A DNA stretch of 64,000 nt from Octopus vulgaris (Eukaryota), in NCBI GenBank assembly GCA_951406725.2, contig OX597820.1, positions 40,300,001-40,364,000 on the forward strand. Reading direction: 5' to 3'. Both the position numbers and the translations under genes were made by a program. The notes beneath the pieces are model-generated. The model saw only the letters and a program-made list of their open reading frames with translations. It had not been told where the DNA came from and made no database searches. Numbering within the stretch: the stretch's first letter is position 1; each line of letters starts with the position of its first letter. Shown piece by piece: positions 26,804 to 39,894 of this stretch.

Positions 26804-27125
26804 AAATATTAGGGAATAAATCCAAACTTACTGGAAAAAATCAGATTTAGGATTAAATCCAATTTTATAGTAAAATATTATATTATATTAAATTAGAGAT
26901 AAAACCACTATTAGGCAAATCAAACTGTAACCATAACTCGAACTATTACGAATTGGACAGTCATGAAACGATCGTAGTGTTTTACTCAATATCTTTTATT
27001 AAACTTTTAATACTTTTGATATATATTTAAAATAATATAAATTAATTAATTTTATGTATTGGCTTAAGTTTTTCATTGTTTGATTTGCCTAATAGTGGTT
27101 TTATCTCTAATTTAATATAATATAT
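26800..27125 (+). mobile_element. Penelope-type terminal-repeat fragment with inverted 44-bp segment, embedded in (TA)n
   Basis: TATTATATTAAATTAGAGATAAAACCACTATTAGGCAAATCAAA (26881-26924) is inverted at ~27079-27122; degenerate hammerhead-like GAAACGATCGTAGTGTT near 26965. Confidence 0.55.
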
Positions 27126-29091
27126 ATATATGCGGTATATATCTGCTCGATCTTTCATACATATCTTTCATTCAGCTCATCTCATCCTATAACCCATGCT
27201 CCTCAATGTCGAGTCCAAACTAGCTCTCGGACAGATTAACCGGTCCAGCGGTAAAGTGCTTCATGACACTATCTGACACTATGTTTGCCTCATTACGTTT
27301 GGAACTGAACGCTCTCTGACTTATCCAGGTGAACCTTTCTTCCTGCAGCTATTTCCCATTTCTTTAGAATCTGCTAGAGGACATTCTCTTCTATGGTGTC
27401 TAACTTTATTTGTTTGAGGCACTCCTTGACGTCGATACGGTTACCTGGCATCTGAGTTCGAACGGCATGTTCTTAAGAGGCAGCACATGCTGAAGTGGAG
27501 TAGAGACATCCGAGACAGTGAGTGGTGCGGAAAGGTAACTTGAAATAATTTTTCGAACTGAGAAACGATCAGTTGTCGATACTTAATGTCAAGATTCTAT
27601 ATAAGAAATTGTATAGAAACTAGCTACCTTAAGGGCAGAGGCCAAATGCTGTTTGTAGACACTATCAACTTCAAATATTCTAAATTGATGAAAATTGCAT
27701 TATGTATCGCATGAGAGGTAAGTTGTCGTGGATAAGATATTCAGAAGCTCGGAAGTTTTCGCATCCTCGGCTTCATTACAACGACATGTCCCAGATTTTC
27801 TACTAAAACTTTGACTAGAATTTTAAAAGCTACTCAGAAATCTGCTTGAAAGAGAGTAGAGAATACACATCCTGCTCCATGTAACGCTGAACTATGGATT
27901 TGTCGAAACATCGTGCCTCTGTTACCTAGGGCCAGCGGAGAAATTTCATTCCCTCGTATTTTAGCGCAAGCGTTTTAATCCTAGTGAGGCAGCCTCTATG
28001 GTTGAAGAATCGAGAGTCATGTTTCCGTCTGCACGTCAATTTCGATGTGATTACTAACCACCACAAACACCCAAAATTTGCTCACCATCTACATCTCTTA
28101 TGGCGATTTGATTACTATAACATTGAATGTAGATTCCGGCTTGTACCGTTGACCACGAACAAGCCACTTCAGATTCCTGTAATTATATTTAATCTAACGA
28201 TTGCCATGGTGCTTCTCTCTATTTGAGTACCGCATCGCAGTGTCTGCGGTAGCCATTGCTTCTCAAGGCCTGCGTAATGTCAACAAAAAGGTTTATAAAA
28301 ACACGAGAAAAAATAAACAGTTGCCAAAATATTCTGGCTGTTCCAGCTTCTTTATACATTTCCAATTTAGTTTTGTTCTTTAATGCAACGTTTGTTTCGA
28401 GTGTCAAATGCTCTTCCATCCAAATTTCTCTACTCCCTCGTTTCATAGAAAGCTCCTTTCATTCTCTAAATAGTTTATTTATTATTGTTTTAACTTTTCT
28501 ATCTTATAGAAAAAATTTAATATAATTTTAGTCACATTTATGTATTATTTGTTGTCATTGTTATTTCTACACTTATTTTGTGGCTTTGTGCGTAAGCATA
28601 TTTGCCTGTGTGAATGTGGGCGAATGTGAATGTATGCGAATGTAAATGTATGCGTATCATATATGGCTTTATATACGCAAATACATGAATGAATATACAT
28701 ATACATGTATGTAACTATGCAAGATGTATGTATGCACATATGTGAATATATTTATGTATATATGTATGCATATATTTTATCTCATTCTCTCTCTATATGT
28801 ATATATATATATACATATATATATACACACGCATGCTTCCACATATACACATACACCTATATACATACATATATATATGTGTATATATATAAATATATGC
28901 ACATATAAATATATATATATATATGCATATATATCAATGTATATATATATATATGTGTATATATAGATATGAATATATACCAATGAATATATATGTGTGT
29001 GTATATATCAATTTATATATATGTGTGTGTGTATGTGTGTGTGTGTGTATCAATATATATATATGTGTGTATACATATATATAATATATAA

Positions 29092-29137
<46 letters not shown>

Positions 29138-29819
29138 ATATAAACAGGCACGCATAAATTTGTTTTTATTTTTTACGAAGCCAAACTCACTCATGACTTT
29201 TAATTTTCTTTACATGTCATTCTGTCAGTTCCAAATCCTTGACTACCATTCCTATTTTCTCTTCATTATCTTTTATTTATGATATTTATTTAGTTTATTT
29301 GATTTATATGAGTGTATGTGTATGTATGTGTAAATTCGGCGTTGCGACACAGATATCAGTATGCAATTAAATCTTCGCCTATGCATACATTCATGTGTAT
29401 GTGTCTATACGATGTTCTGTATATGAGCGAGCTGGATGCGTATCAACCTCTGTAATGTATTTGTTTCTTGAAGTGTTTGCTCTTAGCCGCTTCTTTTCTC
29501 ACCTCTCCACCTTCTCTTGCAGCAATTCACTGTCGCTCTCTTGATTAGTAAGCTTAACCAAATAACGTGCTCATAAGTTATTTCCCTTGTCTTTGAATCG
29601 ATGAAGAACACTCTCTTTCATTCCTACCCTCTCTCTCTCTCGATCATTCGTTCATTATCTTTTTACTATCTTTCAGGCTCTCACTCTTTCACCTTTTCGC
29701 TCACTAATTCCCATTCTCTCTCTCCTTCTCCTCCCCCTCTCTCTCTCCCCATCTATCTATCTATCGATCTTCATGTTTTATAAAAAACTTTTTCTTCTCT
29801 GTCTTTATTGCTCTCCGTC

Positions 29820-30039
29820 TATATGATCCCCTCCATCATCACCTCCATCATCATCCCCACTATCATCAGCAACACCACCGCTATCCTCCTCCTCCTCCTC
29901 CTCCTCGTCTTCATCATCATCATTATCATCATCATCATCATCATCATGAACTTCATCAACGCCAACGACTTCATTATCCCCATTATGAACTTCTCTTGTC
30001 ACTAGTACTATTATTCCATCTTCTACTCCTCCTTGAATG

Positions 30040-30107
<68 letters not shown>

Positions 30108-30260
30108 TTTCATCTACTTCAGATTCTCGCCAACTTTTCCTCTGCATATATACGAAATTGTATTTTCGATTTCTGTTTTATTCCCATATCCTTCCCTTCG
30201 TTATCAGGAACAACGACAGTTATATCCCCCCCTGCCGGCACCACCTCCTCCTCCTCCTCC

Positions 30261-30297
<37 letters not shown>

Positions 30298-30350
30298 CCT
30301 CCTCATCATCATCATCATACCACCGCCACTACCGACACTACCATCATCAT
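29820..30350. repeat. Compound (CAT)n/(CCT)n/(TAC)n trinucleotide repeats
   Basis: Directly visible; source of spurious poly-D/E/H/T ORFs. Confidence 0.9.
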
Positions 30351-30595
30351 CCATATCAGGATTTTTTTCTCCTTTTTTCACCATAACAATCATAATAATT
30401 ATAATCATTATTGCCAGTCACGTCATATGTATGCATGGCTGTATGGTTAAGACGCTCGTTTTGTCTCCATGTGGTTTGAGGTTCCGATCCAAAGCACAAC
30501 TTCAACAAGCGCCGTCTGCTATAACCTCGGACCCACAAATGCCTTGTGAATTATTCTTGTGTCCAAAGACTCTGTTGCATGTCAGTTGTGTATAT

Positions 30596-30664
<69 letters not shown>

Positions 30665-30897
30665 ACAAGATATATTTTCTTCACGTATCCTTAATTTAGG
30701 TGTTCGGCCGAAGACGTGGAAGCTTTACTACCATAATGTAGTGATTATTCTCCCCTTTAATATATTTCGTTTTTTAAATACAAATGGGGAACAATGAAAG
30801 TTAGTTACAGAGTCCCAAGGAGCCATTCGCTGACTTATTACATTCCTTATGAAAATATTGGCAAGGATGTTATTGTAGCTCCGGGTGGACACATATG

Positions 30898-31600
30898 TAC
30901 GAGATGGTACCCAAAACTAACCGGAAATGTTCTATGTGAAACAGACCCGCTGTAGCTCGGGCTTCCGTCGCTAGAAGCCACTAGATGCAACCTTCAGGCA
31001 TCAGTTTGCCGACCGACGTCGTCAACTACTGTGGTACTCCCTCGTGGCGCGTTTTTGTTTTGCAGTGCTTCTCCCGCTGATCGTTGATTTTTGCAATTAC
31101 TGAAACAAGGGAACAACATGTTTCTGCGAAATTCTATTTTCTGCTGGGGAAAGCAGCGGCAGCCGAAACAATTGTCATGCTTCAAACAGTTTACAAGGAT
31201 GCTGCCATGAGCAAAACAAAGATGTACGTGTGATTTTTACGTTTTAGGAATGGAAACTTATCGTTTGAAGATTAACTTCGTTCAGGGCAACCGTCGACCT
31301 CCCGAACGAATGAAGAGATCATGAAAATTCATGAACTCATCTTGGTGAACCGTCACTGATCAATTGAAGAACTTGTTGATATGATCGGTCGGTCCTGGAC
31401 CTCCTGCGAACGAATTTTGACCGAGGAATTGCAAATGAAAAGAGTTGCAGCACAATTTGTGCTTCGCTTCCTTGTGAAGATCAAAAGCAGTTCCAAATGA
31501 ATGCGTGTCGTGAACTAAAAGAACAGCTAGGAGTTGATCTGGACCTCCTTTCGAAGGTCATCGCTGGTGACGAAAGCTGGTGGTATGGAGGTGTTAAAAG
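30898..31600 (+). mobile_element. Mariner remnant: left TIR + N-terminal transposase up to the first catalytic Asp
   Basis: TACGAGATGGTACCCAAAACTAACCGGA TIR-like start; fragments FLLGKAAAETIVM, RSGQPSTS, ILTEELQMKRVAAQFV, KVIAGDESWWYG (TGDE.W motif). Confidence 0.88.
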
Positions 31601-31647
<47 letters not shown>

Positions 31648-31816
31648 GAGAGATACAAACGTGTGTATGTGTGTGTGTTTGTTTGGTTGGAGTTGATCTG
31701 GACCTCCTTTCGAAGGTCATCGCTGGTGACGAGAGCTGGAGGTACGGAGGCGTTAAAATGCACACACACACACACACAGAAAGAGAGAGATACAAACGTG
31801 TGTGTGTTTGTTTGTT

Positions 31817-31847
<31 letters not shown>

Positions 31848-32129
31848 TCATTATGTATGAATTTACAAACTTCAAGGGAACGTGAAGTAATTCTTTTTGG
31901 GAAAGGAGAAACTCGATGCAGATAAAATTGGAAATAATAGTAAATAAAGAATTGGTTAAAAAACCGTTTAGATAGAAAAAGTAGAAGGCTGGTAAAGATA
32001 AAATTTCTAAAATAGATACAGATGCGGATGATGTATCTATTTCTGTGAAGTCGGGGTGCAAGTCTATTAATGTATTTGAATTTAGAGAAGACGGAGAGAG
32101 AGAGAGGGGGAGGGGAGATTCGCTGGGCG

Positions 32130-32540
32130 TGTGTCTGAGTGTTGTGTGTGTCCTTTATTATTATTATTCCTACTGTTGACAGTGGGGATATTGGTAGTGA
32201 AGCATCTGCTACTGATATTTCTGGTGTTGTTGTTTCCGATATTGCTGTTACAACCGTTTTTGCTGATTTTGCTTGTGTTGGCATTCTTCGAGTGGTTGCT
32301 GAATTTACTGTTCCTGTTACTGACGATGATGTTGTGGCCAGGGATGGTGCGCGCTATTGTTATTCATTGTTGCTGGTTTAGTTCATGAGGTTTTTGAAGA
32401 TCTGTTGTTGGCAGTAAGGAGGTTCTATGGTTTTCTGTCTTGTATTTAAGGTAGAAAGCTCTCAAGTTCCCGTTTCTACAAACAGGTGGCACTTTGGTTT
32501 TCTACTACCAAACATTACAAGTAGCTCTTCCCATTCTGGT
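32130..32540 (-). pseudogene. Tx1/L1-like ORF1 remnant
   Basis: RELLVMFGSRKPKCHL..TG knuckle-like segment followed by a Thr/Ala-rich linker, as at 7500-8000. Confidence 0.35.
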
Positions 32541-32715
32541 AGGCAAATGACATTTCAGGGGAAGGGTGAAGTCGATTACATCGACCCTAGTGCTTAACAA
32601 GCATATATTTTATCCATTGCGAAAGGATGAAAGGCAAAGTCAACCTCGGCGGACTTTGAACTCAAACCGTAAGGGTTTACTAAATCCACGAGGATTCTGC
32701 CAGCTCGTCGCCTTC
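32540..32715 (-). mobile_element. SINE family M, diverged
   Basis: GAAAGGATGAAAGGCAAAGTCAACCTCGGCGG is the reverse complement of the core. Confidence 0.75.
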
Positions 32716-32799
32716 ATAATTTTAATAAGACAAGTGACAAGAAGACAGGGAACCACAAGAAGACTGGCATCTTGTGGTTCATGTTTGGTTTGATATAAA

Positions 32800-33738
32800 A
32801 TATACAGTGGAGCCACTATTGAAAGTCACGAAGAAACGCCGAAAAGTTTGTTACTATATACAAATATAAACAAGAAATGAACAAAAGAAGCAGAAATAAA
32901 CAAAAGTAAAAGAAGAATGGAAGCATGTACAGTCAGTTTGCAAGAGATGTGAACGCCAAGGCAAATACAGAGGACCGGTGGCTAAGGATGAGGAGGAGTT
33001 ACCTGAAGATAGAGACAGAAGCACTTATAAGTGCAGCTCAGGAACAAATGTTAAGGACCATCTATATGAAGTGCAGAATAGACAATACTACCGATAGCGA
33101 CAAATGCGAAATGTGAGGTGAGAGGGGTTAAACAATATGCACATCGTTAGCGAATACCCGAAATTTGCTCAACGGGTATAGTAAAGACGCCATGACAATA
33201 TGGTAGGAATTACCTATTTGGAGATCTGTGGAAATCACGTCTTACTAAGTGCAAAGACGTGGCATGGGCAAATGCCAGAAGGAGTCACCAAAAATGTGAA
33301 TTGCAAAATCCTGTGGAATGCAAAGATCCGGTGCGATCACCCGATCAGATATCGGAGACTGGACGTTGTTGCTGTGAATAAAAGGAAAAAAATATGTATG
33401 ATAATCGATATAGCATGCCCTGGTGGCAGCATGATCAATGTGAAAGAAGAAAGAAAATTTTCAACTATGAAGTTTTGAAGTTGGAAATACGAAGGTTGTG
33501 GAGAGTTGACAGGATGCCAACAATAATTGGCGAACTTGAAAGTATCAGCACTCAACTACCAGCATGGCTCAAAAAGATTGATGCAAGTATGAAGGTAGAA
33601 CACCTACAAAAATCAGCATTGCTTGGAACTGCAAGAATTCTTTGCAGGGTTCTTGAAGCTTGACCTAGTCTGCTGGCAGTGGTCATTTGTCACTTCCATC
33701 ATATCCAACAAAATAAGGTGTGAGTTTTCATATAGAAA
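32800..33738 (+). mobile_element. R4/Dong-like RLE non-LTR retrotransposon, decayed 3' part, ending at (TAA)n
   Basis: LKIETEALISAAQEQMLRT, CCHC remnant, RRHDN, KILWN...RRLDVVAVNK...CMIIDIACPG, LQKSALLGTARILCRVL*; followed by (TAA)n. Confidence 0.85.
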
Positions 33739-33743
33739 TAATG

Positions 33744-33815
<72 letters not shown>

Positions 33816-33902
33816 TCATATGTGTGTGCAGTGTAATAAATGTCTATCTATCTATATGTGTGTATCTATATGTATATATATATATGTGTGTGTGTACATA
33901 TA

Positions 33903-33982
<80 letters not shown>

Positions 33983-34071
33983 TGATTGATTGATTGATTG
34001 ATTCCAGTTCCAGCCTGTGAGCTGTGGCCATGCTGGGGCACCGCCATTTGGTGTTGCTACTTGGTTTTACT

Positions 34072-37000
34072 TCATGGGGGCTTTCTAGCAACTGCTATTT
34101 GGTGCATGAGAGAGTTCGATGCAGCTGCCCTCATCTGCCCCTCCTGCCGTGAAGTTGGTTCATCTGGGACACCAGACAGGAAGAGATCCAGCTTCATTTT
34201 AAAGACATCTGTATCCACCCCATGCAGGTCTCTCAGGTTCTTCGGGAGGATATTGAAGAGCTGTGGGCCTCGGAAGCCCAGGCTATCACAGAATCTTGTC
34301 CTACATCTTGATGGCAGGTTTGGAGTCCTAGGCACCACGCAGTGGCGCCCAGTTCTGGCATTTGTGTAACTCTCGATGCCAAAGTTCAGGACACTTCCCT
34401 CCAGGATCTTCCAGATGTATATTATGGCATATCTTTCCCGCCTACGCTCCAGGGAGTATAATTTTAATCTCTTGAGTCTTTCCCAGTAGCTTACATTCTG
34501 CATAGAGGCTATCTTCTTTGTGTAGCTTCGTTGGATCGCCTCAAGTTCTGTGATCAACTTGACACTGGATGGTGACCATAGCTGAGAGCAATAGTCAAAG
34601 TGGCTTAGGACAAGTGTCTTCCAGAGGACCATCATGGTTTCTTGTTCTCTTGTTCTAAAGGTTCTAAGAATCCAGCCAGCCAGCCGTCAACATTTCACTG
34701 TCAGTTTAGCAACATGTACATGAAAGGTCGCGTCATCACTCATGTGAATACCCAGGTCACGCACTGATTGTGCCTCTGGGATTGCAATCCCTCCGGGTCC
34801 AGTGTATTCATTGGGTATTGCATTCAGTTTTGCATGCTGATAGTATAAAGCTTGAAACTTTCCAGCATTGAACTGCATGCTATTCTTTTCAGCCCACTTG
34901 TATATTTCGTCCAGCTCACATTGCAGGTTTTTAGTGTCCTCAGGGTTCTGTATTGCCTGTGAAACTTTTGTATCATCTGCATAACTTGTGATCGTGGATC
35001 TCTGCGTGGCTGAGGGCATGTCTGAGAGGGCCATTATGAACAGTAGTGGTCCCAAAACAGTGCCCTGTGGAACACCACTCATTATTTGCGTGTTAATGGA
35101 AGTGGCCCCATTGGCTACTACCACCTGACTTCTATTCTTCAGAAAGTCGTGAAGCCATTCTCCTAGTTTTCCAACTATGCCAAGATCACGCAACCTGTGA
35201 CATATCATTCCGTGATCGACTTTATCGAAGGCCTTTGCGAAGTCGAGATATATGACTTCCACATTTGAGTGGTTGAGCAGTTGTTTCAGCACCCAGTCAT
35301 AGTGCTGCAGGAGCTGAGTTAAGCAGCTTCTTCCTGGTCGGAAACCATGTTGGGTGTCAGGCAGCAAGTCATTTTCTTCAAGGAAGGTGATTAGTTTCCT
35401 TCTGACTATTCGTTCCATGACCTTGCTGATGTGTGAGGTCAGAGAGATAGGTCTGTAGTTCTTTGCCTCCGCTCTGCTACCTCCTTTATGAATAGGGCAT
35501 ATTTTACCTTCCTTCAGTCCCCTTGGAAGTTTGCCAGCTGCAAGGAAGCTCTGAAAGAGGGACTGCAGTGGTCTTGCTAAGACTCTCTTACATACTTTTA
35601 GGAGGATTGCCGGGAATCCATCGGGGCCAGTAGCTGAGTCTATTTTCATTTCATCTATAGCCTTTATTACATCGTCTTCCTTTATCTCGATGTAACTTAT
35701 CGTCGCCGCCTCTGATTCTATATCTGCAGTGGTAAAGAAGTCAGTTGGATTGCTGATTTGGAAATGCCCAAGGGGTGGAGTGAAAACACTCTTGAATTGT
35801 TCATTCAGTATTTCACTTACCCTCATTGGTTTTCCTGTGAGTGTGCCATCCTTTTCAAGGAGTGGCCCTATCCTACAGTGCACTGTAGCCGTTTCTTTGG
35901 CATACCTGTAGAAAGCTCTGGGGTTAGTTTTTATGTTGTCTATAGCCCAGGCTTCTTTGTCTGCTCTTTCCTTCTCATGGGAAAGTTGCAGACAATTTTC
36001 AATTTCCAACAGTTTTATTTTCAGGCGGGACTTTTCACTACTTTCAATTTGTTTGTTTAGGCGATTTGAAATTTTTGTACGCCGTCTCATTAAAATTTTC
36101 CTCTCTCTGGGGATTTTGTTCTTGTGTACAGTGGCCTTTCTCTCTGGGACACATTTGTAGCATATGGCTTGCATTACAGACATGAATTGTTGAAGTATCA
36201 TGTCGATGTCCGGCGAGGAGAGACATTCAGGCCAGTTTTGTTTGAGGATCTCTTTCTCAATTTGTTTCCAGTTTGCCTTATTGAAGTTCAAGCTGGAAAG
36301 ATTCTGAGGGTTTCTTGTAGGCTGCATGTCCGTGCTCTCTTTTGGCCCGTACATGGTCAGCTCTACCATGTTGTGATCCGAGAGTAGTGTCGGTGTCACT
36401 TTCACATTATGGATGAGATCCATATTATTTGTGAAGCAGAGATCCAGTGTGTTACCTGCTCTGGTTGGTTGCAGTATTACTTGCTCCATGTACAGGGTGT
36501 TGGTGAGGTTCAGGAGGGACCTCGCCTGTCCACGTTCACATCTTGTCATTCCTGGGAGAGAAAGGCCCTCGGGCCATCTGACATTCGGTAAATTGAAGTC
36601 TCCCATGAGAAGTACACTTATGTGTTGTTCTAATGTGGTTAGAACTTCTTCTATTTTTAAAAGGCAGTCCTCGAACTTGCCCATATGACTTGGGGCATCT
36701 GGAGGGCGATATGTAGCACACACAACTACATCAAGTTGCCTTATGTGTACAATTAGTGTGTCACACACCGAGTTTGAGTATGACAAAAGGACCTGGGGTG
36801 TGAGGTCCCCACGGATGTACATAGCAACTCCTCCATGACTCCTTTCTTTCCTGTCGGTCCGTAGTACAACATACTGTGGTATGTGTAATTCCGCATCTGC
36901 TATGTCCGGTTTCAGATGCGTTTCTGTGAGTGCTATGCATAAGGCTTGATTGCATGCGACAAAGTCTCTCAGGAACGGGACTTTTGTCCTGTTACTGTGT

Positions 37001-37176
37001 GTTAGTAAACCTCTGATGTTCAGTAGGAGCATCGAGGTGAGGTGTATGCTGTTGCCGGCGTTGTCCACCCTGGGTCCATCTGCTGTGGCGGTCTTGTGAA
37101 CTGTGGGCAGTTCCATCTGCGAGCCTGAGCCTGATGGAGCCAGGTTAGCTGCTGTACAATCTTTTGTGCCATGCAC
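34072..37176 (-). pseudogene. CR1 ORF2 (APE endonuclease + reverse transcriptase) interrupted by one in-frame TGA
   Basis: LNIRGL, LTETHL, YRPP, GDFNLP, SDH; NYRPISLTS, YLDFAKAFD, GVPQGTVLGP, YADD. ORFs 34687-37176 and 34072-34635 are in the same frame and read VKC*RLAGWIL across the stop. Confidence 0.93.
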
Positions 37177-37434
37177 AAAAAAGATTCCTGCTCAGCAGCT
37201 GCCCTTTCAACAACACGTTGGTGGTTTGTGGTACGCACCACATCTGCGTACCTCCGTTTTGGGGCAGGTGATGCCTGGTCCATCCCATTTCCTTTCGGTG
37301 GTTGGTTTCTGTGGCAGGGTCCCGGATGTGCAAAGCGGCAGCCTGCACCTTCCTCTCCATGCCGGCAGGCACCTTTCAGGTAGAACCTACATACCCGTGT
37401 GCGCTGCTTGTTTCCATCCTTTTTGGCATATGGA

Positions 37435-37436
<2 letters not shown>
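37020..37436 (-). CDS. CR1 ORF1 C-terminal part with a CCCH zinc finger (5'-truncated), overlapping the ORF2 start
   Basis: The frame of ORF 37020-37283 extends upstream as VCRFYLKGACRHGEEGAGCRFAHP (C-x7-C-x8-C-x3-H). Confidence 0.7.
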
Positions 37437-37474
<38 letters not shown>

Positions 37475-37770
37475 AACATGTTACTATGAATGCATGTATG
37501 CATTACTAAAGAGGCATTTGTAAATATGTACGTAAGAATACATATACGCGCATGCGCCGGAATTGTGTTCATTCTGGGGAGCATAATCTTTATATGTACT
37601 GATTGCACTATTGCCTTAGTAGTGCACAAATCTCTTCTATTCGCTGCTAGCAAATGAAACACGATTACTTTCGATCAATCCGTCCCAATCCATCGATGAA
37701 TCTGGATGACCATAATCAGGATTGAAGAAAAATTCAGGTCTATTTGTATAATCCTGTTTCTGAGGATATG

Positions 37771-37804
<34 letters not shown>

Positions 37805-37886
37805 TGTATGTATGTATGTATGTATGTATGTATGTATGTATGTGAGTGTGTGTATGTAAGTGTATATATATCAATCTATCTATCTG

Positions 37887-37928
<42 letters not shown>

Positions 37929-37949
37929 GAGAGAGAGAAAGAGAAATAA

Positions 37950-38019
<70 letters not shown>

Positions 38020-38060
38020 GGATGGATAGATAGATAGATAAATCTATAGATGGATAGATA
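37950..38060. repeat. (GATA)n microsatellite
   Basis: Directly visible. Confidence 0.95.
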
Positions 38061-38154
38061 GACAGCTTGATATACAGATAGATGTTCACACAGTTAAATG
38101 CTATATATGTGTGCGTAATTGTGTATGTACGAATATATAATATACGTGTATGTA

Positions 38155-38213
<59 letters not shown>

Positions 38214-39279
38214 CTTTTTTTTTTCATCATTCTCTCCATTCAAGCACCATTTAGGTTTTGTACTTTTGCACATCGTAGTACCAATTGAGCACAGGAGTCG
38301 ATGTAATCCACTTAACTATTCCTGTGTACGTATATGAAAGCTGCAGCCCTCTGCCAAGCCATATCTAGTATGCTCATCACACTACAGAGATCTGTATCTC
38401 AAATTTAGATCCTATATAACGGACTGTGTTTTGTTGAGGAGAATAAGAGAGCGTCCTGAGATCCTTGTTCTACAGTGGACTGGGGATGGACAATCCTTGC
38501 ACACACATATGCACACACACGTGTGCGTGTGTATATATACATACACCTATACATATGTGTGTGCGCGCGCGTGTGTGTGAGAGAGAGAGTATCTACATGC
38601 TTTACATTTCAGCTTACTCTCTGATCGTAGTCTGTATGAGGCGTGACCTGATCTCTGTGCTTGAAGATGTAACCAAACCATAAAATTTCCTTATTTCGGG
38701 CATAAATGAAATTAAATATGATTCCATATCCATGGAATGTTTTAGTTTCTTTCAATATTATCGTTTAACCATGCGTTACCTGAAATGAGTTTGTCCTACC
38801 AATATAAATGTCACTTGGAAGATAATTAAGCTATTGTCTTGGTGTATTACATCATTAACTACAATAACTATTCTGAAGGTTCTTTTCGGAGACATTAGGT
38901 TCAGATTTAATTACTATATCTCTAATTAAAGTGATCTCAAAGGAACTGTCTGTGATCACTCTCCCTACTAGAAATAGCAGTAAAATTGCTATCAAATTTC
39001 AGACTAACTCCTTGCAATATGAATGTGTTAGTATACTGTAAGAATGAGTAGATTGATTAGTATATTTGTTTAAAATAATAAAATTGAATGGGATTTATCA
39101 TTTAATGATTAAATTATTTAATTGTTCAGTTTATTGTTTTGGTTTCCATTTCTCATTTATACATACATACATATATACTGAGAACTGAATTCTTTTTGCA
39201 CATACACATCCATTAGCCTTTTGGTTTTATCATTTGAACATTTTTTTGCTTTTTTAATACATGCATATATACATACATG

Positions 39280-39349
<70 letters not shown>

Positions 39350-39390
39350 GAAAGAATGGAGTTGAACGACGAATTAACAAAATTCCTTTA

Positions 39391-39473
39391 TTTTCGACAT
39401 ATGTATCGAATGCTGCATATTCCTAATTGCGAAGGAATAAGGAGTATATTATGCCGCTTTCTCATCAGGAAAA
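39391..39473 (-). ncRNA. Type I hammerhead ribozyme motif (Penelope-type), one core substitution
   Basis: Minus strand TTTTC-CTGATGA-[long stem II]-GATAC-ATATGTC-GAAAA; stem I TTTTC/GAAAA, palindromic stem III ACATATGT, GUC cleavage triplet; GATAC replaces GAAAC. Confidence 0.7.
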
Positions 39474-39591
39474 GCAAGGAACTTATGTCAATATCAAGAT
39501 GCACAAAAAACTTTTAGATGACTGCTCACACGGAACCCACACTACTCAAATAAATATATATACATATACATACACACACACACACACACAC

Positions 39592-39669
<78 letters not shown>

Positions 39670-39894
39670 ATGTATATGTATATATATTTATTATACATAA
39701 AATATTTGAAGAAAAGAAGGGAAAAGATACCGCTTGCTAAAAATTAAAGCGAAAGCTTAACATAACCACCAATTCTACGATAACTTCACAAGTAAAAAGT
39801 TCATTATAGGCATGTGTACATGTTTTTGTTATGTTTTAATTGCTTGCTTTCGGAGGCTATCATTTTGATATGATGAATATTTATTACTCTTTAC

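Larger units (their letters stand above)
33981..37437 (-). mobile_element. Young CR1-type LINE, 5'-truncated within ORF1, inserted in (TA)n
   Basis: APE+RT ORF2, short 3' UTR, (AATC)n tail; (TA)n on both flanks. Confidence 0.95.

Noticed and set aside
29805-30694. Acidic, His-rich and Thr-rich ORFs
   Set aside because: Trinucleotide-repeat artefacts running into a SINE fragment
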